From Azolla caroliniana (Eukaryota; Plantae; Polypodiophyta), in the NCBI GenBank assembly GCA_043228905.1, contig JBHGNT010000011.1:20150001-20214000 (forward strand): a DNA stretch of 64,000 nucleotides, in the 5' to 3' direction. Shown in pieces: positions 12,216 through 24,395 of the stretch (within the stretch, counting starts at the first letter, position 1; every line of letters starts with the position of its first letter). Below the pieces are notes generated by a model, which was not told the DNA's origin, did no database searches, and worked only from the letters and a program-made list of their open reading frames with translations. The translations under genes and the position numbers were made by a program.

Positions 12216-15200
12216 TCATATATCAAAATTGATAGAGGAATCTGCTAATTCCTCAGCCACTTCCAGCTTCAAAGAGGTTTCCGAAATCAATGACTTGGAC
12301 TGAATTGCAAATTTCACTGAAGAAGCATGGACTTCAAGAAGTTCCTTTTTCGTAGTATAAAAATCCTCTTGTAATGCGGGTTTAGGTTCACAATACGTAT
12401 CAACAGAAGACCTTGTTACACACAGCCATTCTCGAGGTGATTCGATGTCATCACCTCCATTTTGAGGAATGTGCCAAGCTCCACTTGCAGATTCCTGCAC
12501 AGCAAACCTCACAATCCATATATTCACAATTCTTAATTAGTTACAAACTGGTAAAAAAAGACCCAATTCTATACCTGAATTGCCGTTGAATAAGGTGGTG
12601 GCATAAACAGTTCCAATCCATTCGTCGAGAATGTAAATCGGACCTGGAACATTCCCCAATTTATATTAGCAATCATGATATGACGTAGTACAATAGTCTA
12701 AGAGATGAAACAACCATTTGATAGCACATACAACTTGCTTCACTACATTTTAAAAACTGCAAAGGTTCAAGAGGAGAAGAAATACCTTCGACAAAGTTAA
12801 AATAGGGTATTACTTAGCAGTCCGTCCTAAATAAAGCTTCTTCTTTTTTGTTCTATATCGTACAAATTTTTCTTTGATTCACTATTATAGATTAACGACA
12901 TTGTTGGTTTACTACAATAGATGATAATCATTAGAGTTTACCTTATTGGAGCATTTTCAGTGCTCAGTTTATCTTTCTGTCTCAATTTTATGCACCCCAA
13001 TGCACTTTCACCAATACATGCCGTACAAAGAGTAATGAAGAATTCACTGTCCAAACCTTATAACTACTTGACACTTGAAGGTTAACCAACAGTACACAAA
13101 TAATGTAAATCTTTAGCTCAACCAAACTGTGTTTCGATCCCCAGAAATCAATTAAGGTTTGCTTTAGGTAAGTAGTCTTTGACAAAACACCTTGATCAAG
13201 AACAATGTGCCATACCAATTCTCAAACACATATATTACAGAAAATGTTAAATCATTCTTTTATACCCCAACAGATAAAGTACCATTTGTCTCCAAAGACT
13301 CACTAAGACTGGCAGGATATGATCATTGACCGATATTAAACATTACTCGAATTAAAAAATATCATTATCACATATAAATATATTAATGACTGGCTCGACG
13401 CAACCTTCAAGAAAAAATGGATTATTTTTCATGCAGTGTGAAATAAGCACACCTGATGTCTTTCTTTCCATTTAGGGAAGAAATCATTTCCAAGAAGTTC
13501 AAATATATGATCCCGCATCTCATCATTCGTCACAAGGAGAGATTTGCAACGAACTGCAGCATACAACCAATACCTGAACATAAAGAAATAACAATTCTAT
13601 CATAAAACCAGACAGAAATTAGTCAAACGACATTCAGAGTAGCCGTTAACCTCCATGCCTATCCAGAAAACAGCACTTGAATGTATTTGGTGTACCAATC
13701 ATCATTAGATCCATATGGCGTGGAATATAATGATTTGTTTGCAACCCAATTATTGACAATCTGTCGAGATCGTGATGGGATTTGTGCTTTATCTGATGTA
13801 CGCCGACAATGTAAGACTATTAATGGTGGTCTCCCAGTTGGACTTTTGGCTTTAACAGCATCTGCCACTGTTGACACCTGTGAAATAATTCAGAATCTTA
13901 AATATTTATAGACCATGATAACTGGAAGAATGCAATTTTGTATGTGAGCAAGATTATCACTCATAAGCTAAAATGATGCAATGATTATGTCAAGTGATAA
14001 ATAGATCATTCAAACTAAGCCATTTATTATATGGGGAACCTCAGCCAGCTGTATGGAACTTTAGGTACATGGTCTTCCTCTTCAAGAATATGAACTAATG
14101 TTTGGATAGCATTCTCACAAAGAACTTAGTCTATAACAACCAAAAGCAAGTCTTAAAACTATCTAGAACAAATACCTTAAAAGAATACTGCTGGTGAAAT
14201 TGGGGAAATAATACAAGGCCCCAAAACGTCAACAGAGAAAAATTTCTATTGTTTCTTTAAACCCGTCCTCATACCTGATTGAAGTTAAATCCATGAAACA
14301 TGGAGTTATATAAACCAATATTGGCACCATCTATAATAGCTTCTACAGGCTCATTTGCATCTAGCCATTCCTGTCAATCATTAAATGGAAATATCAACTA
14401 TGATCATATGTTAATTGAGGAAACAAGATTCACATTTCAAAACTTCTCTAACTCAAACCTGAAATGCTTTAAAACCATTCGTGTTCTTCTCTTTCTCGAA
14501 AGCAAGGTCAGCAACGCACTTTGCAAACTTCTCTGTCTCATTTGGATCTAGATCTATGGTACATAATTTCTCTCCACAAGATAAACAGACCCCTGTTTTA
14601 CTGATATTTGTTCTCTTTGCTTTCCATTTACCTATGCCTAACCAACCCAGACCATGCCAACCTCCACCACCTGCGATTGTTGCTTCTTTAATATCCTCTT
14701 TAGAAGGTTGAATCTCTTTTCCAGCGAAGGCTGAAGGTTTGCTATTGAACCACTTTTCAATTATCTCAACTGTTGCTGGTTGGAGATCTCTGACAGTTGT
14801 TCTTAACCTATGCAATATAGAATAAACTCTGTCCTCAAGTCCAGCCTCTACACTTACTCCTAGTAAGGCTTGAAGTAAATTTTCATCTGGTAGAACCCCC
14901 GATGCAATCATATGATCATCTACTTGAAATGCTTTTTCTACTTGGTTATTGTTACAAAAACATAGCAATGGTGGCTCATAAGATCTAAGCTTTGGAGCTA
15001 TGTTTGCAGAGGCCATCTTCTTTACAGTCTCAAAGGCCATATCACCATCACCATTGGCGACCGCTAGTCGGGCAATAGATGTAAATGTCGCTTCATTAGA
15101 AGGTACATTTGTATGTATCATATCTTCATAAATCTCTACTCCTTTTCTTGCTGCTAGATCCATATCATATGGGCTGAAATTGATTGCTTCAACATCCTCA

Positions 15201-16655
15201 TTTAATTCTTCTTCCTTTCCTTCCCGCCCTTTCTTCTCTTTATTAATGGATGTTTTATCATTCTTCGAACCTTTTCGCCGGGTTAGGCTTCCAGATGCCG
15301 CAGCCGAGCATATGTATAAGAGCATGTTGTAATGTTGTTGTTTTAGATCAAATATGCCTTGTTTTGCCATATCATAAACTTTAAGTGCACCGTGAAGGTC
15401 TCCATGTTTTGAGCACATGTTAAGCTTCAAGATATGTTGGAGTTCTTCTGAACACTTCCTTGCTCGTTTTGACGGTCTAGATCTACTTGATTCATTTCCC
15501 TTGTTTATGGTTTGCATTACTGCTCGAGGATTTTGCTGGATCTGTTGTTATAAACCGTGTGATTTAGAAGCCTTTTTCTTCTGCTATTGGATAGGGGTAG
15601 GAGAAATTCCCTATTATTGTTTTCTAAATTACAAATACCCACACTCACATTTATTTACATCACTCTCATAAATGAGAGTGGAATCTTATTATCAACACCA
15701 CTCACACCAAGAAGAGTGTAGTGTTATTTATCTACAATATTCATATCAGGAAGAGTAAACCTCTTATTTATTTACATCATTCACCTCTGATGGAAAAAAG
15801 AAAAAAAAAACAAAATATAACCCTGGATTTGTCTTCCTTTCACCAAATTTCCCTAAGTTTTCATGACTTGACCAGATAATTGATCACAATAACACAAATA
15901 TCTGAGAACAAGATAATGAATTGACCGCATAATTACTAAAAATAGGGGTAGAGCAACGGCATTTGGGAAATAATGAAAACTCAGGGGCATTTGATGAAAT
16001 AAAGAGGAACCAAGGAGCACTATGGGGTTGTACCCCAAGTGAACTTCTTAATTTATTTGCATGGTTTAGGTCTGAGAGATTAAATGTTATTCTTTTATTT
16101 ACAACTCACATCAGGGTGAATAGATGCAATTTGGGTGGACGATATGCTAATCTTTGGTGGCGACACGACGTTAACACCAGTCCCCACTCCGAATTTCTGT
16201 AAAGGAAGATCCCTCTTGCTTTGTAAAGGATTCTTCTTCTTCTTCTCTTCTAAAGGAAGATTTTTCTTCTCTGAAGTAAGGTTAATCTTCTTCTTTTCCT
16301 GGATAGACTGACTTTCCTTAGCTTTAACTATTGTGGATGATGAAATCTTGTTTCCATTACTCTCTTTTATATGTCTCCTGTTACCTGTTCGAAAACAAAA
16401 AAATGATGAAAAACTCACACTCCCTGCCAAGTCCCATGTATGCGCTTTTGTATATCTGGGTGTAAACACACAAACATCTTCTTTTCTATAAATAGTTCTT
16501 CTTTTTTCCTATTCTCGTCGAGAGAAAATGATGGTTTGCTGTTCTCAAAGATGAGACAACATTTTAAGATGTGATCTCCTGTTTGGTCTCAGAGGCCATT
16601 TTGGCTTCTCGAAAGAGGTTAATGTTTATTTCTATCTTTCTCTTCTCTTCTCTCT

Positions 16656-16699
<44 letters not shown>

Positions 16700-16941
16700 C
16701 CCCCCCAGCATATTTCCAACACATTTACGAAAAAGAGTATCTTCCAATTATCTGAGGACATAGGGAAGGGATGAGATGAAAGCAGCTTACCTGTCTTGAC
16801 CGAAGCAGAGGACGAGGTTGATGACGAGGGAGAAGAGGAAGCTTTGAGCAGGAACTGAGGGTGTGGTAGCTTCACAGGAAAAGCTATGGCGGCGCGAGGG
16901 AAAGCAGAAAGCTCAGTCCAGATACAAGTCTTCAGCTCCAT
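12216..16941 (-). CDS. PRORP: Proteinaceous RNase P (PRORP) with N-terminal transit-like peptide, PPR domain and NYN nuclease
   Basis: Exons approx. 16941-16791, 16384-16110, 15541-14459, 14370-14275, 13878-13693, 13573-13453, 12643-12575, 12496-12216. Motifs HYNMLLYIC, NEATFTSIARLA, GGGWHGLGWLG, CLSC (Zn), IDGANIG, SNDDWYWLYAA, VTNDEMRDH, WKERHQVR, PPPYS, WHIP. Confidence 0.95.
15820..16016. mobile_element. MITE-like foldback element in PRORP intron 2
   Basis: Left arm ccctggatttgtcttcctttcaccaaatttccctaagttttcatg is imperfectly complementary to right arm atgaaaactcaggggcatttgatgaaataaagaggaaccaagg. The same 'aaact(t/c)aggggcattt' motif recurs at ~30625 and ~31403. Confidence 0.55.
16640..16697. 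repeat. (CT)n microsatellite in PRORP intron 1
   Basis: Direct reading of sequence. Confidence 0.95.
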
Positions 16942-17049
16942 GGAGATTATTATTAGGCCCGGGGAGAGACGAACACCATCGCTCGGTTGGGGTCGCTCCC
17001 CTCTTAGAACGAAGAAGGCTAAGAAGCGTAGTATCTATTTAGCTCTCAT

Positions 17050-17172
17050 TCACATACATACATACATGCATAACATACACATACATACATACATACATAC
17101 ATACATACATTATTATTACATACAAACCTACATACACACATGTATACATACATAACATACATACATACATAT
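17050..17172. repeat. Imperfect (CATA)n microsatellite
   Basis: Direct reading of sequence. Confidence 0.9.
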
Positions 17173-17639
17173 ACTCTCACACTTAAGGCTAAGTAGACAA
17201 CCCTCGACAAACACCCCAAGAGAAGAAGATGGATGGGATGGAATGTATCATGTATCCTACCTCACCAACCCGCCACACATTATGTCTCGTCCTCTTATAT
17301 AGTGGCATGGTTGCACACCATCCACACATTTGGGTTCATTTACGTTGTCACTTGTACACTTCACTCGTGACCTCCATCCTACCCATGTTCTTCGCATCAC
17401 AAAATGGCATCGATTAATAAATAGCTCGAGGACTTCTCTTCTTTTTTCACATAAATGTGCATATACAAACATCGGCGCAAAACTACTAGCTACCCTATCA
17501 ATGGTAAACATCTCTGCATTTCTCTTAAATATACCCCTCATTTCTCAAGAATTCCCAAATACTCCTAATATATTTGAAGTGCACACTTCGCTCTTTAAAA
17601 ACTCTTTTCCTTGTTGGTAATCTCCTTAAACTCTCTCTC

Positions 17640-18044
17640 AAAAAACAATATTCTTCACGGAACAAGGAAACCATTCACATCAATACATGTTAGAGCCCAT
17701 CCCATTGTTTGCCATTTGAACCATTACTTCCATGCATTGCAATGTGAGATGGGCCAGTGGTTGACTATGCACACTTAGCCCCAAACAAGTTTGAGAGACT
17801 AAGTATCACACTTTGATATAATGCTCTACCTTTAATCATATTCAATCATGTTTTCCACGCATCTTTGACCAAGCCCACACCTTGCACAAAGTTTCTCTCA
17901 CAACCATAATGTGCACTCCCAATTGTGACATTCATAGGCGAGGTTCTTGAACATTGAGAGTTGCTACTCACTTTCACATGTATCACATGAAATATAATAT
18001 TTTTGGTCTCATAGGTCATATTTGACCTCCGAATATGATAATAG

Positions 18045-18085
<41 letters not shown>
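17640..18085 (+). mobile_element. 5'-truncated LINE copy (3' end only) ending in (TC)n
   Basis: Aligns by eye with 39860-40319 (e.g. gactatgca, aaacaagtttgagag, agtatcacactttgata, ggtctcataggtcatatttgacctccgaa). Followed by a (TC)n tail. Confidence 0.88.
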
Positions 18086-18090
<5 letters not shown>

Positions 18091-19046
18091 GCAATGCATA
18101 TTTTGAATTAATGTGAAATACAAATACGTGATGTCATGTTGTACCTACTTCTATAGTGACGAGCTTATGGCTCAAAGGCAACTATTGAATTATTTAGCTC
18201 GTTGTACAAATCATGACTTTCTCACATATATTGTTGCATTGTGTGTCTCTTTTCTAAAATGAATCCCATATTGATGGGTCAAACTTCCAACTTTACAATG
18301 TTAGAATAGGTGGCACAATCATCCCAACCATGCTACACCAAACTACTAAATTCTATTATTTGCTTGACAAGTATCACCCACACATGCATAGCTACAACCC
18401 ATCTCCTTGTCCATAATATGCACCATCAATTCCATAAGGCTTTTCTTCATACGTATTCAAGCTTGCTTTGCTTGCACTTTCGAAAACCCGAGCTACTATT
18501 CTCGTTGTCCCAAAACAAAATTTTTTTCTTGCTCAGAATGCGATATTTTAATCGTGATGTCTATCAATGAAAGTTTGACACATCCACGACCACTCATCAA
18601 TGCATCAATGCACGTAGATGCAAATTGCAACGTCCAAAAGTAAAATGGTGGAGCATGGAGAACCATCTTACCAACCCTCTTGCCTACCCCCGTCCTCCCA
18701 CCACCACCCAAAAGAACTAACACGCTACATATATCACTCATACATGGCAATATATATATAGCTTGTGTCTATCTACGACCAAATCATAAAGAGGCTTGGC
18801 GAGGGAATCACGGCCACAGATAGTGTAGGGCACTTAGCTGAGGATTCTTAAAGAGTTAAAGAAACATTGGATGTATGTACCATGTATGTATTCGAGTGTC
18901 GTATGAGACCAAAACGTTTGTGGGGGTATGTGGTGTGAATTTTTGTGAGGGGCATGATTGATCTATTGATTGGGAAATATATCCATTTTGGTTTGGTTCT
19001 GTCCTAATTTATGTTTTGAAAGGAAAGAGAAGGAAAGACCCGAACG

Positions 19047-22000
19047 GTGGGGCTCCCCCAAGGTCCCATGGCTTCTCCCAGGTCCAGATTCCCTCCTTCC
19101 CTGCTCCTCCTCTTCGTCTCCTTCGCGCTTCTCGCCGTCATCGGATTCCAGACGTTCAGAGGCCGCAAGATCTCTGCAGATCTGCTCAAGCACAAGGACT
19201 TCACCATTCATAAACTCGACGAACGCTTGCAGGTACAGAAATGCGATGTCTCTGCTCTTCCATGTTCTGTTTTTGGCTGTTTTATGTTATGTGGTTTCCC
19301 CATCGAGAGAGAGAGAGAGAGAGCGAGAGATCCATATTTGAGTTGGCTGTGATAACTGATTGGAGCTAGCGAAAGTTTTATTTCGATACACCAATGTGGC
19401 ACGTAGTTTAGGATAAGTGATATATGCTGTAAAAAAATATGTGTGGAACTAAGGATTTTGAGCCTCCACATTATTTTGATAGCCAAATCGCTTACTATCA
19501 GGGTGACAATACTCAAGGGTGAGAGCGAGAGGGGGGGTCTGGCGAGGGAGAGATTCTAGTAGCAAACAGAACAGAGTAGAGGGATGGGAAAATCAAGAAG
19601 AAGAAATTGGAGGGAATTTCACTCTCCATTATATGATTCATGTAAACAAATAAGAGTGTGGGTGTGTAGGATTCTATAGTTTTTTGCTTCCATCCTTCGT
19701 GAACGTCGAGGTTTAGCTCACTTTATGTGGAAGAAAACTCACAGTTCTCTGTCTCTAATGCAACAAGGAGACTTCCGATCTGTTGACAAAAGAAATTCAT
19801 GTATACATTGCCATGCTGACATTTTCCTGGGCTTCACCAATTCATTGCTAGCCATATGATACCAACGATGCTTCTACCTTATCTCCTTCCCCCATCAGTT
19901 GCTTTGGATCATCAGGAGAGGGGACTGGAACCATCAGTTTCCATTCGTTCCACATTAAATCCTGTCTCATTATCAAAATCCAAAATTGTCATCATTTTAA
20001 ACTTTCACAGACAAACAATAACACAGAGATATGAAGGAGGAAAAAAAAATTATATTAAGTGGAACTCCGAAGTGTGACTACTTTAGAGCCCCAAGCTTGC
20101 AATGGAGATAAAACTCTAAACTAGGATTTCATTACCTACTAACTTGATTGTTGTACTAACTTCCAAACCATTCCTGATTGATACTAGTTCACGCCAATAA
20201 GACTTCCTGAGTTTTAGTCTCTTGACAATTATTATTTGTTTTATTAAAAATATTGCACCAAGATATTTGTGGGGGTACTACTTGTTTTTTCTGTTTAACC
20301 CAACAGGAGTCAGTACCTTCCTATGATTAGATACCCATGAAACTAAGCAAATAAATAAATAAATTAGGTAACCAGAGTCCAGTTTTGATCTACTATGTGA
20401 AAACTTGAATCACATTTAAGTTAATTTATTGGGTTATGCAAGAATCAAGCTTGCATCAGTCACATCAATATATGTTTAGTATATAAACAAATAAGACAGC
20501 CTAGACTAAAAGGAAATATTCTCAAATGTGATCAGAACCAAAGCACAGTAAGGGGAACTCATATCTAGTTTACATATAGTAATGGATATATGGTAGTGTG
20601 TTGAATGCCCTCATTTGTCAATCACAGATAATTTATTTGCAATTCTTTAAACAGTTTCAAAATGTGGCGTTCTTCCCTTTCCAAACGTTGTACCAAGGTG
20701 TACTCAGTTATAAGAGAAACGTATTATTCTTTATGGTTTCTTGCCAAGCACATGAGATCATATAGGCGAGTATTCCTTGGTACTGGACATGATACTTTCT
20801 TGAATTTTGAGAGATTCAACTGTTGTGTGAATTATGGAAAATAAGTGTGTTGATTTGAATGATAGTTGTGAAAATCAGACTAGAAAAGAAAGATCTGAAA
20901 TATTCTGGTAAAGAATTATGAGATTAAAATGCAGAGCTCGACACATGTAGGGCCATACAACAAATTATCAGCAAATAAATTTGACATTGATTGATGCTCA
21001 AACAAGTGTGGCATGGCTTTGTTGTTTGTGTATTATGTCAAGTGTTCTACTATTTGAACTCTAATTTCCAGTCAGTGAACCAAAGAGGAGAAACCGAATG
21101 TCTAATATATCAGCCAACAAAAACCTTGATATGTGAATTCTGATCAGAAGACATCAGAAACTCTAGTTTCTGTGATTGAGAAGGAAGAGTGGTCGAGATC
21201 GGGGCTCTCTTCACAGAAAGTATTTCTTCGGAAAAACATGAGTACTAGCAAACGTAAGCGTACTCCGTACTTTCCAGGAGTTTATTGTATAATTGTCAAA
21301 CGTTATGAACTGGGTATTGTGTGCGTTTTTACTGTATCCCTGTTTTATGTGTAAGGGTTAAAGATATATGTTATTGTACAGTTCTTTTCAATCACATATA
21401 TCAATTCCAGGTTGTGCCACAGAAGTTGCTCATTCTATTTCAATTCGCTTCCCAAGTTTCTCCCAACTTTTTTTTGAAAAACTTAGCCAATCTTCAAGCT
21501 AGATATAGCAAATCCTCTGTTGACTATGTTATACAAGTACACGGTATTTATTTATTGAGATACATTTCTACTATTTTATATGTGATATTTGCAGTATTGA
21601 AGCATATGGCTTACTGTTTTTGAGTATAATGTATGTATATTCAATATAATTTTCAGAAGGAGAAGGAAAAGGCTGCTGTTTTGCAAGAGAAATTAGCAAG
21701 AACGTCAGCACAGAAGGAGAAGTTGGATGGTCTTAAACAAAGTTTAAGTGGACAACTCATAGAATTGGAACGTGTGAAGTCCTTGACTGAAGAGGAGAAA
21801 AAGAGGCTGGAATCCTCTCTTCAAGATAGAGATCATGAAATCAGTGACTTGAAAGAAAAACTCTCCCTTTATGATGAAAGAAGGGAAGAACTCAAACTAA
21901 TGAAAGATGAGATTTTGCAAAAAGATGCAGAGATCAAAAACCTGAAGGCACAGCTATATGGGAAAACAAGCCAGTCATATGAAAAGGATGATTCAAAGTC

Positions 22001-22421
22001 AGATAGCAACAGCTCATCTACAGATTATATTCTTCTTTATAAGGGACAAGATGTGAACAGTGGTATTAATAATAGCATGAATCAAGACTCCAGTGCAGTG
22101 GAAGAGAGAGATTTGAAAGAGAGAGAGAGAGTTTCTGCTGAGGTCAAAGCAGAGGGTGAAGATGACGTGAAAGGTGAAGATGATGTTAAAAATGAAGAAG
22201 AAAGTGAAGAAAATGATGAGAAAAATGAGGTGGATATAGAAGAGGACTCGAGGGTGAACGATTCTGAGAAAAGCCATGATGAGGAAGAAACAGATGAGCA
22301 ACCAGAAGGTGATACTGAAAAAAGCCATGAAGAGGAAGAGACAGATGAGCAAACGGATGTAGACATGGAAGTTTCCAATAAAGCAAACCTTGATGAAGAT
22401 GACACAGCAGCTTTAGAGTAG
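19047..22421 (+). CDS. Uncharacterised type II membrane protein: N-terminal TM, long coiled coil, acidic D/E tail (~316 aa)
   Basis: Exons 19047-19232 (CAG|GTACAG) and 21657-22421 (TTTCAG|AAG) join in frame. TM SLLLLFVSFALLAVIGF, then heptad-rich KEKEKAAVLQEKL..., then a D/E-rich tail with duplicated EKSH(D/E)EEETDEQ. Confidence 0.8.
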
Positions 22422-24395
22422 ATATATGATGGCAACATTTTTTGTACATTCAGCTCAGTGTGCATTTTCGCAGCTCTGGTTCATGAGACTGATACCATTC
22501 CAGGTGTTGGAAAATCATCTTGTAGATGAGAAATTCTCTCTTCTTGGAATTTCTCTCCTTCAAAAACATTGCATCTTTCAGAGAAGAGGAGAGAACACAT
22601 CTCTATCATGCTTTTTGAGTTCCTGTAGAAGAAATTTCCCACAAACAATGTTTGTTATGGTGATATGTGCATGCTGCTTAGTCGATGTCAACTTTTATGT
22701 GGCGTTAACTCTACTACAAGATTCTATTGTATTTGACAATTCCATTTGATAACAGTATGTTTTACATATGTCCTAATTTTGTTGTTTTGGCATTGTTTTA
22801 ATCTGTTATTATGTTCTGGTAGGGCATCATCATAAAACATATTACAATGATCAAATCACTCTCACCCTGTGATCTGTCTTGTCAAGCATATACATATCAT
22901 TCTCATTTCAGTTCATAGGACCTTACATGTTTCTGTGTGGTATTATACTTGGTTTGGTTAATAAGATATACATTACCAAACAAAGTGGAAAAGAATTTAA
23001 TAAGCATACAACAGCACTTCCAAGTAAAGTTCATATTGTTTTCTCGGCACACAATATTGGATATTTTTATTCACTGGGAACACAGATGATGTACATAATG
23101 TCTACTGTCAAGACACTTAAAGAGTAGCCAAAATGTTGAGAAATATCTCAGAACACTTCCATATACCAAACTTTGATCATAACAAATTATATTTTCACAT
23201 CTTATTCTGCGTGGGTTGTGTCATTTCCTGTATGTCACAATGTTTCACACCCACAATATCCACTTGTTCATCATGTTATTATTATCCAAACAATTTTTAT
23301 CAATAATTATATATAACTTCATTCTAATTAGCACCTGTAAATCCTCAATACTTTTGTGGGCCATCCAATTTCATAATTACGGACTAATATATGCTCGTAC
23401 ATCACATGTTCCGGTGCAAGTTATGCATTTCCAGTTCAGAAAACTTTCATTTGCTGCATGACAAGCATCCCCTTGTACTAAGAGGAGAGAAACAAAGAAA
23501 AATCTCAAAGCCAGGCTACTCATAATATAACAATTATTCGAGTTCAAGATCAACGTTCCAAAAACCAACAATTACTCCTTTCGTGTTGACTTTCTTGAAT
23601 AATGCATGTTCCATCTAAAACTAGCAGAAAGCTCAAATAATATATTGGAATCATATGCACAGAAGAGTTGAATGCAATAATATTTTTGAATCAAGTTTTC
23701 AAGTAGGGCGTGCAGGCTGTAGGATTCATCAAATACTCTGATATAAAGAGAGCACCAAACAACAAACAATTTATATTGAAGCACTACATAGAAATGGTTA
23801 AATTCACAGACAATAGATATAGACCATTGACTCAACATCAAAACTAATGTTACTTTAAAATAAGAACAGGAACCATCTGAATTCAAAGTTTTTCTTTACA
23901 AGCTTCGTGAAGTCATCAAAATGCTAATATTCTCCTACTGTGTTGACACAATATAGTCTAAGTTATCTAAACCTATGCACTAATAATTATTAACCACCCG
24001 CTGAATATAGTTCTATTGTGAAGATGGAACCATCAAATTGCATTAGTGGATCATTGTGCATTATTATCAAAATGGTCACAAATCTGGCTCTATATTTGTT
24101 ATGGTTACATCAATCAAAGCAAAATAAAACAAAAACAGCAACTTTATAATCATGTCTGAGTTCCATTTGCAAACTACAAAAATAGGCCCAAGACAAATAT
24201 AGATGAGACTAAATTTAGTTTCCGCCATGATAGCTTGATAATTAATCAAAAACTTTCACCTCGAATGATTAACAATACTTGAAAAAGAGAAAACATACAT
24301 GAAAAATCTGCCGAGGAGTTCACTCCTTGATCACAAAGGAAAAAGCTTTATCGGAAACTATGAAATTACAAAACTACCCTAGTTCAAAAACTGTT

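Noticed and set aside
17230-17620. Overlapping short ORFs, possible L1 zf-RVT remnant
   Set aside because: Only a faint motif resemblance; not supportable.
22014-22465. Antisense ORFs over the acidic tail
   Set aside because: Shadow ORFs of the low-complexity D/E-coding strand.
23377-23886. Short ORFs or possible ncRNA downstream of RPL7a
   Set aside because: No splice-consistent gene model or ncRNA motifs; probably 3'UTR or intergenic sequence.
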